This document shows, one piece after another, positions 47,676-56,888 of a stretch of DNA of 64,000 nt. Position numbers and translations under genes: made by a program. Every line of letters starts with the position of its first letter. Position 1 is the stretch's first letter. The notes under the pieces are model-generated. The model searched no databases. It saw only the letters and a list, made by a program, of their open reading frames with translations, and had not been told where the DNA came from. The stretch is from Actinomycetes bacterium (GTDB taxonomy: Bacteria > Actinomycetota > Acidimicrobiia > Acidimicrobiales > Ilumatobacteraceae): assembly GCA_025358125.1 (NCBI GenBank), contig JANYKS010000008.1, forward strand, positions 54,815 through 118,814. Reading direction: 5' to 3'.

Positions 47676-48624
47676 CGACCCATTCCAGCTCGTCGATCGA
47701 CGTCGAGATCAGCGGACGCTGTACGTCGACCCGATCCGTGATCCCCGGACATCGCCCACCGTTCGGCACGAACAACATCGACGTGTGCATGTGCGCTGGC
47801 TCGACCAGCAGCATTCGTTCGCGTCCGAAGTGAAACGGGCTCAAACCGTTTTCTAGTGGGCGCACGCCGTGCGCCGAGCCGGCCGCGACGAGCACGAGTT
47901 GTCCGTCAGCCGGCACGATCGTTGCCCTGTAGCCGACGGCACTGCCGGCGCTGACGGATTGGACGTCGAGCACGTCGGCGCTGAGGTGGAGCAGCGATTT
48001 GTCGCCGTGCCAGAGCGCGGTGCCGCTGCGAATCCGAAAGCTCCGCTCGGGGTGTTCGTTGCCCAAGCGGGCGTACGTCCCCTGGTCGAGATGGCTGACC
48101 GCGATCGCGAGCCCCGGATCCAGGTGCGCCAGCCATGCGGTGACCTCTGCCTCGTGGTCGGCCTGCGATCCAGCGAGGGGTAGATGCAGCGCGTAGGAGA
48201 TCGCCGTACACCCAGCGGCCGTCACGGCCGCCGCGAGCGACTCCAGGTTGCTCGGCGCGACCCCGTAGCGGCGCATGCTCGACCTCAGCTTGAGGATCAC
48301 GTCACCCGTCCAAAGCTGGGCGCGCAGTGCTTCGACGTGGGCGATGCTGCCAACAGTCAGTACGGCGCCGACCGGTAGGTCGGCCGCGGTGCCGATGTGC
48401 GGGGTGAGCACGATCGCAGTCCGGTCAGCAGGAACGTCGCAGGCTTCGTACACGGTGCCGACGGCGATATGAGTGCCGAGGCGGGCTGCGATCGGCATCA
48501 GCACTGTGCGGCCGAAGCCATAGCCGTTTCCCTTCACAACCGGAATCAGACCGGGCAGTGAGTCAGCGACCGCCTCCACCCTGTGATGCCACGCCTGGCG
48601 GCGAACGCTGAGACGCAGACCCAT
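47668..48624 (-). CDS. alanine racemase N-terminal-domain (fold-type III PLP) protein
   Basis: PVVKGNGYGFG lysine context, as in the alanine racemase family; 318 aa. Confidence 0.6.
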   Translation of the reverse strand: MGLRLSVRRQAWHHRVEAVADSLPGLIPVVKGNGYGFGRTVLMPIAARLGTHIAVGTVYEACDVPADRTAIVLTPHIGTAADLPVGAVLTVGSIAHVEALRAQLWTGDVILKLRSSMRRYGVAPSNLESLAAAVTAAGCTAISYALHLPLAGSQADHEAEVTAWLAHLDPGLAIAVSHLDQGTYARLGNEHPERSFRIRSGTALWHGDKSLLHLSADVLDVQSVSAGSAVGYRATIVPADGQLVLVAAGSAHGVRPLENGLSPFHFGRERMLLVEPAHMHTSMLFVPNGGRCPGITDRVDVQRPLISTSIDELEWVDE

Positions 48625-48714
48625 AGGCCAACGACGGTAGTTGCCAGCGAGGCGACCACCCTCGCACCTTATTCCCGAGTTGTTTGGTCGGGATTATCGT
48701 CGTACGCTCTGGGT

Positions 48715-49224
48715 ATGCGTTCTTTGTTCCGATTCCCCAATCCGGTGAACGAGACATCGGCCCGTCTCGTCGCGGCCGGTGTCGTGCTGCTGTGTGTCGC
48801 GTTCGTCGTCATTCGGCAGTGGTGGTTGCTGATCCCTCTGGCATACGGGTTCGTCGCGAGGGTGCTCGCCGGCCCGACGCTGAGCCCGCTCGGGCAGGTC
48901 GCCACTCGCTTGCTGACCCCCCGGCTGAGCGTTGAGCATCGCCTCGTGCCCGGGCCGCCGAAGCGATTCGCGCAGGGTATCGGCGCGACGCTGTCGGTCG
49001 GCGCGCTCGTCTCGTGGTCACTTGGCGGTCATGGCGTTGCGGTCGTGCTGGTCGTGGCAATCGCAGTCGCGGCGACACTCGAGTCGGTGTTCGCGGTGTG
49101 TCTCGGCTGCCTGATCTTCGCCCGACTGATGCGCTGGGGTGTGATCCCTGCAGATGTCTGCGAGTCGTGCAACGACATCTCCCGGCGTCTTGGGGCATCC
49201 GCCGCTCGCTCATCGGTCGCGTGA
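48715..49224 (+). CDS. DUF4395-like membrane protein
   Basis: FPNPVNETSAR...GPPKRFAQGIG...CLGCLIFARL pattern. ATG 48715 lies inside the longer track ORF. Confidence 0.65.
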   Translation: MRSLFRFPNPVNETSARLVAAGVVLLCVAFVVIRQWWLLIPLAYGFVARVLAGPTLSPLGQVATRLLTPRLSVEHRLVPGPPKRFAQGIGATLSVGALVSWSLGGHGVAVVLVVAIAVAATLESVFAVCLGCLIFARLMRWGVIPADVCESCNDISRRLGASAARSSVA

Positions 49225-50598
49225 GGCCGGTGAACGTGGCTTCGGCCACGACGTCAGATCGGGCGTGAGCGCGTCGAGTGACCGCTCGCGGAGCGCGCCG
49301 CTCGCGAGGCCGGTGCCGTAGGCGAGGTCGTCGAGCAATCGCAACGCGACATAGCTCGCCGGATTCAGTTGCGGCCGCTTGGTGAACCAATCGAACGTCG
49401 CTGGAGCGACCGCTGCCAGCAGCACAACGCGGCGGCAGCGCTTCGAGACGACCGCCGCGACGGCAGCGAGCGGCCACCAGGCGCGGGTGACGGCCGACGC
49501 GAGCGAGCGGCCGGCAAAGGCGTGCCCGAGTCCTGCGAGGCGAATGGCCTCGCGCTTGCCGTCGGGAATGTCGCGCAGCTTGCGGGCCAGCAGCGCGGTC
49601 GTCGCCACCGCGATCCCTCCACCGATGACCGGCCATCCCAGCACCGCGATGAGCCACGATGCCGCGCTCCAGCCGCTGACGCGCACCGGGGCGAGGTTGC
49701 CGGGATGGGCGCTCGCCAAGGGCGCTGCCGACGTGCCGTACCTATATCGTTGCCCGAGCCAGGTGCGAACAGTGGGTCGGGGTTCGTGGTGCACAGTGAC
49801 GCCCGGTTCGTAGCGGACGCGATGTCCGGCCTCGTCGAGTCGCCAGACGAGATCTACGTCCTCGCCGACCCGCAGTGATTCGTCGAAGCCGCCGATCGAG
49901 CGGACGGCGTCCACCCGCGCGACGACGGCAGCCGATGGCACGTAGCCGACACGCGTGCCGGCACGGACTCGGGCGGGCCGGCGTCCGAGGTCGAGCGGCG
50001 AGTGGAGAAATTCGTAGCGTGCGAGCACCGATCGGCCCGTCGCGCTCTCGACGCGGGGAGCAACGAGCGCAACGCGCGGATCGGCGAAGTGGGCGAGCAG
50101 CGCGGTGAGCCAACCCGATGACACCTCCACGTCCGTGTCGACGAATGCGACGAGCGGCGTGAAGACCTGGGCGAGGCCCGTCGACCTCGCCGCTGCCGGC
50201 CCGCCGTTGACCCCGCGCCGAACGACCGTCGCCCCGGCGATGTCGGCGATCGGTACCGGCGACGCATCGTCGACGATCACGACGGCCGCTGCGTCCGGGC
50301 ACTCGTCGACGATCTGGCGCAGCCGTGCTTGCGACGTGCGATAGGCGGGGATCACGACCGTCACGGCTGCGATCGGTTGGCCGGCCGTGTAGCTGGGGTG
50401 GATCACCCCGGCATCGAGCAGTCGGTCGACGAGTGCCTGGGTCGCGGTGGTTTCCGGAAGCGACTTGCCATGCTCGATGCAGTCGATCACGGCGGCGCCG
50501 GCCTCGGTGAGGCGGATCAGTTTGAGCGGTGAACCACCGATCAGGACGCGTCCGCCACCGACCCGGCGGACCGACGCGTCCAACGCCAGGCTCCTCAC
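49210..50598 (-). CDS. mftF: mycofactocin-system glycosyltransferase MftF-like (GT2 with N-terminal peptide-binding-like domain and C-terminal membrane region)
   Basis: N-terminus ...RVLIGGSPLKLIRLTEAGAAV. GT2 core VVIPAYR...VIVDDAS...FVDTDV. Hydrophobic C-terminal third. The GTG 50598 start overlaps the mftE stop (GTGA). The 190-aa N-terminal extension in the track ORF overlaps mftE and was rejected. Confidence 0.65.
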   Translation of the reverse strand: MRSLALDASVRRVGGGRVLIGGSPLKLIRLTEAGAAVIDCIEHGKSLPETTATQALVDRLLDAGVIHPSYTAGQPIAAVTVVIPAYRTSQARLRQIVDECPDAAAVVIVDDASPVPIADIAGATVVRRGVNGGPAAARSTGLAQVFTPLVAFVDTDVEVSSGWLTALLAHFADPRVALVAPRVESATGRSVLARYEFLHSPLDLGRRPARVRAGTRVGYVPSAAVVARVDAVRSIGGFDESLRVGEDVDLVWRLDEAGHRVRYEPGVTVHHEPRPTVRTWLGQRYRYGTSAAPLASAHPGNLAPVRVSGWSAASWLIAVLGWPVIGGGIAVATTALLARKLRDIPDGKREAIRLAGLGHAFAGRSLASAVTRAWWPLAAVAAVVSKRCRRVVLLAAVAPATFDWFTKRPQLNPASYVALRLLDDLAYGTGLASGALRERSLDALTPDLTSWPKPRSPASRDR

Positions 50599-51311
50599 GT
50601 GGACCACGCAGTCACCTGCCGGACGAGATCGTCGATCAACACCGCCAGCATCCGGGAGCCCTCGGCGGCTGACGCACCGGCGGGATCGCCGAGCACCCCG
50701 TTCGGACTCACCGCGAGAACCCCACCGGAGCGCAGATCGTCGAGCAGTTGTTGCACGGGCTCGGTCCGCCCGGCCACCGCGGCCTCGAGCCGAACGAGTG
50801 ACGGATCGATCGCGAGCATCAGCGACGTCTCGCTGCGTCCGGCATGGGCATCGCCGGCGGCGAGGTTGGGCCACCAACTCATCACCCGTCGTCCCTCGTC
50901 GCGCAGGGTTACGAGAGCACCGTTCACTGGCGCGAGGTTGCCGCCGTGGCCGTTGACGAACACGACACCGTCGCTCCAATCCGCAGATCGGACCAACTCG
51001 ACGAGCACTCGTTCGAACACTGCCGTGCCGATCGACAGAGTGCCGGGGAAGCCCCGATGTTCGCCACTGGCCGTGATCCCGAGTGGCGGTGACACAAGCG
51101 TGCGGGCGTTGCTCGCCGCCAACCCGGCGGCGACCGCCTCGGCGATGCGGGTGTCGGTGTCCAGCGGGAGATGGGGCCCGTGCTGCTCGCACGATCCGAT
51201 CGGCACGACCAGCAGCGTCCTGCCTCCGCCCCCCGAGCCGTCGCCGCCCGACGAGTCGAGGTCCGTCCAGGTGGCTTCACCCAGTAGACGGTGTCGGCCT
51301 CGACGCTTCAT
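50595..51311 (-). CDS. mftE: creatininase-family peptidase, MftE-like
   Basis: LLVVPIGSCEQHGPHLPLDTDTRIAEAVA, VNGHGGN and HAGRSETS are creatininase-fold metal-binding contexts. It lies immediately upstream of the MftF-like gene. The start shares 1 nt with the etfB stop (TGATG). Confidence 0.65.
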   Translation of the reverse strand: MKRRGRHRLLGEATWTDLDSSGGDGSGGGGRTLLVVPIGSCEQHGPHLPLDTDTRIAEAVAAGLAASNARTLVSPPLGITASGEHRGFPGTLSIGTAVFERVLVELVRSADWSDGVVFVNGHGGNLAPVNGALVTLRDEGRRVMSWWPNLAAGDAHAGRSETSLMLAIDPSLVRLEAAVAGRTEPVQQLLDDLRSGGVLAVSPNGVLGDPAGASAAEGSRMLAVLIDDLVRQVTAWST

Positions 51312-52141
51312 CAGGGCAGGTAACCCCAGTCGCGAAGCGCGGAGAGGATCCGCTCGGCAGCTTCCGCCGGCGGGAGTACTACCAGCTCACCGCGTGCCCC
51401 GGACGCGACCGGCGCGAGCAATTCCTTGACGCGATCGAGCGCTGTCTCGCCACTCGGTGGCGCGAGCGCCCGCGGTCGCGGTCGATACGGGCGGGAAACT
51501 CCGGCGCCACTCGTCTCACCGATCGCGACCGCTGTTGCGCACGCGACCTCGATCTCGTGTCGGCCCAGCAGCGCCCGCAGCGGCGCACGGCGCAGCATCG
51601 CGGTCGAGCCCTCGACGGAGAGCACCGTCGGACCGGAGATGGCGAGGCGCTCGCGGCGCCCGCCGTCGAGCCGGCGCAGTACGTCGAAGCGCACACCATC
51701 GGCGGCCGAGCCCGACGCCAGATCGACGGCGACGAGACCGAGTGCCTGGGGGTACCCGAGTTCATCGGCCAGAAAGGCCGGGACGGAGCCGGTGCCACGG
51801 TCGAACGAGGCGTCGCCGCACCACACGAGCGAGGCACCGCCCAGCTGAGCTGCGAGGCAGGCCGCGACGACCCGGCTCGGGGCGCCGAACGGTACGTCGA
51901 TCCTGACGGCGCGGGTCGCCCCAGCCGCGAGCGCATCGCGCAGCACGCCGTCGGCTTGCGATGGTCCGACGGTGATCGCAAGCACGTCGTCGCCTCCGGG
52001 GCCGCTGCACCGCAACGCCCATTCGAGAGCGGCCTGATCGGCCGCTGACACGCCACCGAAGCGCGCGTCAGGCTCCGCGGGCAGGCCGAGCGCGTCCGCC
52101 TCCGGACGCTGATCGACCCATTTCAGGCAGGCCGCGATCAT
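51311..52141 (-). CDS. etfB: electron transfer flavoprotein beta subunit (FixA/EtfB)
   Basis: 276 aa from ATG 52141 (MIAACLKWV...). AITVGP, LVWCGDASFDRGTGSVPAFLADELG are typical EtfB features. Confidence 0.8.
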   Translation of the reverse strand: MIAACLKWVDQRPEADALGLPAEPDARFGGVSAADQAALEWALRCSGPGGDDVLAITVGPSQADGVLRDALAAGATRAVRIDVPFGAPSRVVAACLAAQLGGASLVWCGDASFDRGTGSVPAFLADELGYPQALGLVAVDLASGSAADGVRFDVLRRLDGGRRERLAISGPTVLSVEGSTAMLRRAPLRALLGRHEIEVACATAVAIGETSGAGVSRPYRPRPRALAPPSGETALDRVKELLAPVASGARGELVVLPPAEAAERILSALRDWGYLP

Positions 52142-52464
52142 GTGCGCCGGAAGACCACTCCGTGGCCGCCCTCCGGGTAGTTCCAGGTGATGGCGCCCTC
52201 GCGGTTGCAGACCATGTAGCACGTACCGCACTCGAAGCACTGCTCGTAGTTGAACAGGATGCCGCCGTCGCTCGTCGGAACGAACAGGTTGGCCGGGCAG
52301 GCAACGATGCATTCCCGCGTGCTGCAGTCGGCACACACCTTGGCGTCGACGACGATGTGCGGCTGCGGGTGGACCTTGAACGTGGCGGTGCCGATGCGGT
52401 CCTCGAAGGAGATCTCCGGCCACATCGGATCGCGCTCGATGGGCGGCGGCGGGCCGAACATCAT
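52138..52464 (-). CDS. fixX: ferredoxin-like protein FixX
   Basis: 108 aa. KVCADCSTRECIVACPANLF...EQCFECGTCYMVC is the typical FixX pattern. ATGA overlaps on both sides. Confidence 0.85.
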   Translation of the reverse strand: MMFGPPPPIERDPMWPEISFEDRIGTATFKVHPQPHIVVDAKVCADCSTRECIVACPANLFVPTSDGGILFNYEQCFECGTCYMVCNREGAITWNYPEGGHGVVFRRT

Positions 52465-53762
52465 CCGAAACTCCGCAACCCCGTGATGCCGTCACGGATC
52501 AGGTCGCGGCGGCGAATGCCGATCCGCTTGCGTTCCTGCTTGACGATGCGGCGGACGCCGGGCTTCGGCTCGGGGTTGTCCACCCGGAACATCCGCTCGG
52601 CAACGGATGTCGCCAGCTCGGGGTACAGGTGCTGCACGCGGTCCGACAGTACGAGTTCCGGCGCCCGGCGCAGCTTGCGATGGTCCTTGAGCACGAACGT
52701 CGCCTCGAGTCGGCGCTGATAGCCGGCGAGTCCCTTGGCCGACGTGTCACCGCTGCGCAGTGCCTCGACGACGGCCTGGGCCGCGTACATGCCGCTTGCC
52801 ATCGCGAAGTTCACGCCCTCCAACCAGATCCCGGCTGCCAGGCACAGCGCAGCGGCGTCACCGGCGATCAGCAGGCCGTCACCGATGAGCTTCGGGATCA
52901 TCGCCAGGCCGGCCTCCGGGATCAGATGCGCGGAATATTCCTTCAGCTCGCCACCCTCGACGAGCGGCGCGATCGCGGGGTGTTGCTTCATGCTCGCGAT
53001 GAGTTCTTCCGGCCGCTTCTTCTGCGCAGCCAGCTTGGGCAGCTTCAGCACGAGACCGACGGCGAGCGTGTCGAGGTTGGTGTAGATGAACCCGCCGCCG
53101 TTGATTCCGTTCGTGCAGCCGATGATCTCGATGTCGACGCCGTCGGTGCCGCGTACCCCGAAACGTTCGTCGATCACGTGCTTTGGCAACGCAAGTGTCT
53201 CTTTGACACCGAGCGTGTAGTTCGCAGCATCGACCTCTCCGTACAGGCCCTCCTGTTTGGCGAGGAAGCTGTTGACGCCGTCACACGCGATGACGACGGA
53301 GGCCGTCAACTCGCCATCGGGGCGATCTGCGGTGACGCCGACGACACACCCGGTCGAATCGTGGAGCAGGCCCGTGACCGTGGTGCTGCAGATCAACTCG
53401 GCGCCCGCGGCGACGGCCTTGTCGGCGAGCCAGTTGTCGAAGTCCGGGCGGAACGCCGTGGCCCCGTTGTACGGCGGCGCGCCCCACGTCTGGCTGCGGA
53501 AATCGATCGTGAGCGCCTTGGTGTCGGTCATGATCATCGTCGAGCGGCGGGTGACCCAGCGCTGGATCGGCGCCTCGAGCCACCAATTGGGGATCAGCTG
53601 ATCGAGGATGCGCGGGTAGACCACGCCGCCGTACATGTTCTTGCTGCCAGGGAACGGGCCGCGTTCGAGCAGGATCACCGACTTGCCGGCGCGGGCGAGC
53701 TCTATCGCCGCGCACGAACCGGCCGGGCCGGCACCGACGACGATCGCGTCGACGTCAGGCAT
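52461..53762 (-). CDS. fixC: FAD-dependent ETF-quinone oxidoreductase-like protein FixC
   Basis: DAIVVGAGPAGSCAAIELARAGKSVILLERG FAD motif. About 433 aa from ATG 53762. Confidence 0.85.
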   Translation of the reverse strand: MPDVDAIVVGAGPAGSCAAIELARAGKSVILLERGPFPGSKNMYGGVVYPRILDQLIPNWWLEAPIQRWVTRRSTMIMTDTKALTIDFRSQTWGAPPYNGATAFRPDFDNWLADKAVAAGAELICSTTVTGLLHDSTGCVVGVTADRPDGELTASVVIACDGVNSFLAKQEGLYGEVDAANYTLGVKETLALPKHVIDERFGVRGTDGVDIEIIGCTNGINGGGFIYTNLDTLAVGLVLKLPKLAAQKKRPEELIASMKQHPAIAPLVEGGELKEYSAHLIPEAGLAMIPKLIGDGLLIAGDAAALCLAAGIWLEGVNFAMASGMYAAQAVVEALRSGDTSAKGLAGYQRRLEATFVLKDHRKLRRAPELVLSDRVQHLYPELATSVAERMFRVDNPEPKPGVRRIVKQERKRIGIRRRDLIRDGITGLRSFG

Positions 53763-54681
53763 CGGATGCCATTGCAGGACGGGTCGCGACGCGCTCGAGG
53801 AGTTCGGCGATGACTGCATTGGCGTCGCTGACGATGGCGAGGTCGGACAGTTGCATCATCGGGCAGCGCGGGTCGATGTTGACGCTGATGATGTGCTCGG
53901 GTTGGCCGAGGCCGCTCGTGTGCTGCACCGCACCGCTGATCCCGAACGCGAGGTACAGCTTCGGGTCGACGACGACGCCGGTGGTGCCGATCTGGCGGTC
54001 GTGGTTGACCCAACCGCGATCGGTGATGACCCGAGTAGCGCCCATCGATGCATCGAGCGCGCGGGACAGCGTGGCGAGTTCCGCGAAGATCTCCGCCGTT
54101 TGCAAGCCGGCGCCGCCGCCGAGTATCCGTTGCGACTCGGCCAGATCCATCGTCGCGGCGTCGGGGTTGAGTACCTCGACAACCTGTGCATCGGCTGCCT
54201 CCGCATCGAACTCGGCGCTCAGCATGGTGACCAACGGCTCCGCGCTCGACGAAGCCGGGTCGGCGCCCCGGACGCCCGGCTGCAACGTTGCAACGAAGGC
54301 CGTGACGGGCCGGACCTCGTTGATGACGAGCCCACCGTTGCGGGCAAGTTCGACACGATGCGGCGCGACCGAGATCGCTCCGGCGAACAGCTCGCGCTGC
54401 AGCAAAACGGCGAGCCGCGGCGCCAGGTCGCGGCCGTCTGGCGAAGCCGGCAAGACGATCTGATCCTCACCGCCGAGGTGCCGGAGGAGCGCGCCGGCCC
54501 ACGCGGCAGGCGCGTAACCTGACGCCTCGATTGCAGTGACCTCGACTGCGTGGCCCGCCAGTTCGGTTGCGGCGGCCGCGCTGCCCGAGCCGATGAGGAG
54601 CACCCGCCCGCCGCACTCGTCGACGGTCTCGATTCCCCCGGCCGGCAGGACACCTTCTCGAACTGGCACGACAGCAAGCAT
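53755..54681 (-). CDS. etfA: electron transfer flavoprotein alpha subunit (FixB/EtfA)
   Basis: C-terminal FAD-binding region RILGGGAG...DRQIGTTGVVVDPKLYLAFGISGAVQH. Start ATG 54681. Confidence 0.85.
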   Translation of the reverse strand: MLAVVPVREGVLPAGGIETVDECGGRVLLIGSGSAAAATELAGHAVEVTAIEASGYAPAAWAGALLRHLGGEDQIVLPASPDGRDLAPRLAVLLQRELFAGAISVAPHRVELARNGGLVINEVRPVTAFVATLQPGVRGADPASSSAEPLVTMLSAEFDAEAADAQVVEVLNPDAATMDLAESQRILGGGAGLQTAEIFAELATLSRALDASMGATRVITDRGWVNHDRQIGTTGVVVDPKLYLAFGISGAVQHTSGLGQPEHIISVNIDPRCPMMQLSDLAIVSDANAVIAELLERVATRPAMASDA

Positions 54682-54834
54682 CGGATGCAGGTTACGAGAC
54701 CACAGGGCGAGTAGGGAAGTGGAATCGGAACGAGGCCCGACGTCCGACGTGGGGGACTGCCCCGGCAATGTCGTGGCCGACGCGATATCGCAAGGGCAGT
54801 CGTCGCCGGACGGCGCGGATGGCACACTGACGAG

Positions 54835-56019
54835 ATGTCTGCCGCAGAGCCCACGCCCGTCTCGTCCCGCCCAACCGGTCCGCTCGACGGACTGCTCGTC
54901 GCCGATTTCTCACGGGTGTTGGCCGGACCGTACGCGGCGATGACGCTCGGCGACCTCGGCGCCGACGTGATCAAGGTCGAGCGACCGGGCGCCGGCGACG
55001 ATACCCGGGGGTGGGGTCCGCCGTGGGCTGACGGGATCGCCACCTACTACCAGGGCCTGAATCGCAACAAGCGCAGCGTCACGCTCGATCTGTCCGACGA
55101 AACCGACCGCGGGCTCGCGATCGAACTCGCATCTCGGGCCGACGTCCTGATCGAGAACTTCCGTCCGGGGACGCTCGACCGGTTCGGTCTCGGCTTCGAG
55201 CAGTTGCGCGGGGCCAATCCGGGGCTCGTCTACTGCTCGATCACCGGTTTCGGCGCCGCAACCGAGGAGGCAGCTGCGCTCTCCGGCTACGACCTGCTGG
55301 TTCAGGCGATGGGTGGACTGATGAGCATCACCGGTCAGCCGGACGGGGAACCAACCAAGGTCGGCGTCGCCGTCATCGATCACATCTGCGCGCTCCAGGC
55401 AACCGTCGGCGTGCTCGCCGCCTTGTCGGTCCGCCGCGAGACCGGCAACGGTCAGCGAGTCGAGGTGTCGCTGATGGGCGCGGCGCTCGCCGCGCTGGCC
55501 AACCAGGCCTCTGCCCACGTCGGGGCCGGTGTCGTGCCGCGCCGGCTCGGCAACCGCCATCCGTCGATCGCCCCGTATCAGACCTTCTTGGCCGACGATG
55601 GTTGGTTCGTGGTCGCCTGTGGCAACGACTCACAATTCGCCAACGTCGCGAAGGTGGTGGGCCGCCCGGAGTTGGCGGCGGACGAGCGGTTCGCGACGAA
55701 CACGAGCCGCGTCGCCAACATCGATACGCTCGACGAGATCCTGACGGAGTCGTTCGCGGCGGCTTCTGTCGGGCACTGGGTCAGCCACCTCGGCGCCGGT
55801 GGGGTCCCGGCCGGTCCGATCAATGACATCGGTCAGGCGTTCGTCGACGCCGAGACGCTCGGCATCGAACCCGTCGTCACCACCGAGGTCGACGGCCACA
55901 TCCAACGCAGCGTGCGCTCGCCGATCCGGCTGGCGGACACGCCTGTGTCCGTGCGTCGCAACGCACCCGCCCTGGGTGAGCACGATCTCGAAATTCGGCG
56001 GTGGTTGGAGCAGCGCTAG
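54835..56019 (+). CDS. family III CoA-transferase (CaiB/BaiF type)
   Basis: LDGLLVADFSRVLAGPYAAMTLGDLGADVIKVERPGAGDDTRGWGPP is the canonical N-terminus. Confidence 0.85.
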   Translation: MSAAEPTPVSSRPTGPLDGLLVADFSRVLAGPYAAMTLGDLGADVIKVERPGAGDDTRGWGPPWADGIATYYQGLNRNKRSVTLDLSDETDRGLAIELASRADVLIENFRPGTLDRFGLGFEQLRGANPGLVYCSITGFGAATEEAAALSGYDLLVQAMGGLMSITGQPDGEPTKVGVAVIDHICALQATVGVLAALSVRRETGNGQRVEVSLMGAALAALANQASAHVGAGVVPRRLGNRHPSIAPYQTFLADDGWFVVACGNDSQFANVAKVVGRPELAADERFATNTSRVANIDTLDEILTESFAAASVGHWVSHLGAGGVPAGPINDIGQAFVDAETLGIEPVVTTEVDGHIQRSVRSPIRLADTPVSVRRNAPALGEHDLEIRRWLEQR

Positions 56020-56030
56020 GGTCGACCCGC

Positions 56031-56888
56031 ATGAGGACGATCGAACGGGTTGGGATAGTTGGTTGTGGTCTGATGGGGTCCGGTATCGCCGAGGTCTGCG
56101 CACGGGCAGGTCTCGACGTGACCATCGTCGAGACGAGCCAGTCCGCCGCCGACGCCGGGGTGATGCGGATCACGAAGTCGCTCGACCGGGCTGTCCGTTC
56201 GGGAAAGTTGGAAGCCGGCGACAAGGAACGCTTGCTCGACGGCATCCGGATCGGCACAGATCTCGATCGTCTTTCACCCTGCGACATCGTGGTCGAGGCC
56301 GTCGCAGAGGACCAGAAGCTGAAGGTCGAGTTGTTCCATCGGCTCGATCAAGTGATGCACGGCGCCGATGCGATCCTTGCGTCCAACACGAGCTCGATCC
56401 CGATCATGAAGCTCGGCATCGCGACGCGCCGACCCGACCTCGTTGTCGGCGTGCACTTCTTCAATCCGGTGCCGGTGCTCAACCTCGTCGAGATCGTGCC
56501 GTCGCTGCTCACCTCCGAGGACACGGTCAGCGACGTCGTGTCGTTCGTGACCACCGCGCTGGGGAAGCGCACGATTCGCTGTCAGGACCGGGCGGGCTTC
56601 GTGGTGAACGCGCTGCTGATCCCGTACCTCCTGTCGGCAATCCGGATGTTCGAGTCGGGGTTCGCTTCGGCCGACGACATCGACACCGGCATGATCGAGG
56701 GATGCAATCACCCGATGGGTCCGCTCCACCTCGCCGACCTGATCGGCCTCGACACCACCTTGGCCGTCGCCGAGAGCCTGTACGCCGAGTTCAAGGAGCC
56801 GCTCTACGCGCCGCCCCCGCTGCTCAGCCGGATGGTGGAGGCAGGCCTGCTCGGGCGCAAGACCGAGCGCGGCTTCTTCGCCTACTAA
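56031..56888 (+). CDS. 3-hydroxybutyryl-CoA / 3-hydroxyacyl-CoA dehydrogenase
   Basis: VGIVGCGLMGSGIAEV NAD motif, NTSSI, GFVVNALL, HPMGPLHLADLIGLD. Confidence 0.9.
   Translation: MRTIERVGIVGCGLMGSGIAEVCARAGLDVTIVETSQSAADAGVMRITKSLDRAVRSGKLEAGDKERLLDGIRIGTDLDRLSPCDIVVEAVAEDQKLKVELFHRLDQVMHGADAILASNTSSIPIMKLGIATRRPDLVVGVHFFNPVPVLNLVEIVPSLLTSEDTVSDVVSFVTTALGKRTIRCQDRAGFVVNALLIPYLLSAIRMFESGFASADDIDTGMIEGCNHPMGPLHLADLIGLDTTLAVAESLYAEFKEPLYAPPPLLSRMVEAGLLGRKTERGFFAY

Noticed and set aside
50599-51192. N-terminal 190-aa extension of the MftF-like ORF (track ORF 49210..51192)
   Set aside because: The extension overlaps almost the whole MftE-like gene in another frame and is Arg-rich nonsense. A GTG at 50598 gives the classic GTGA stop/start overlap and a sensible N-terminus.
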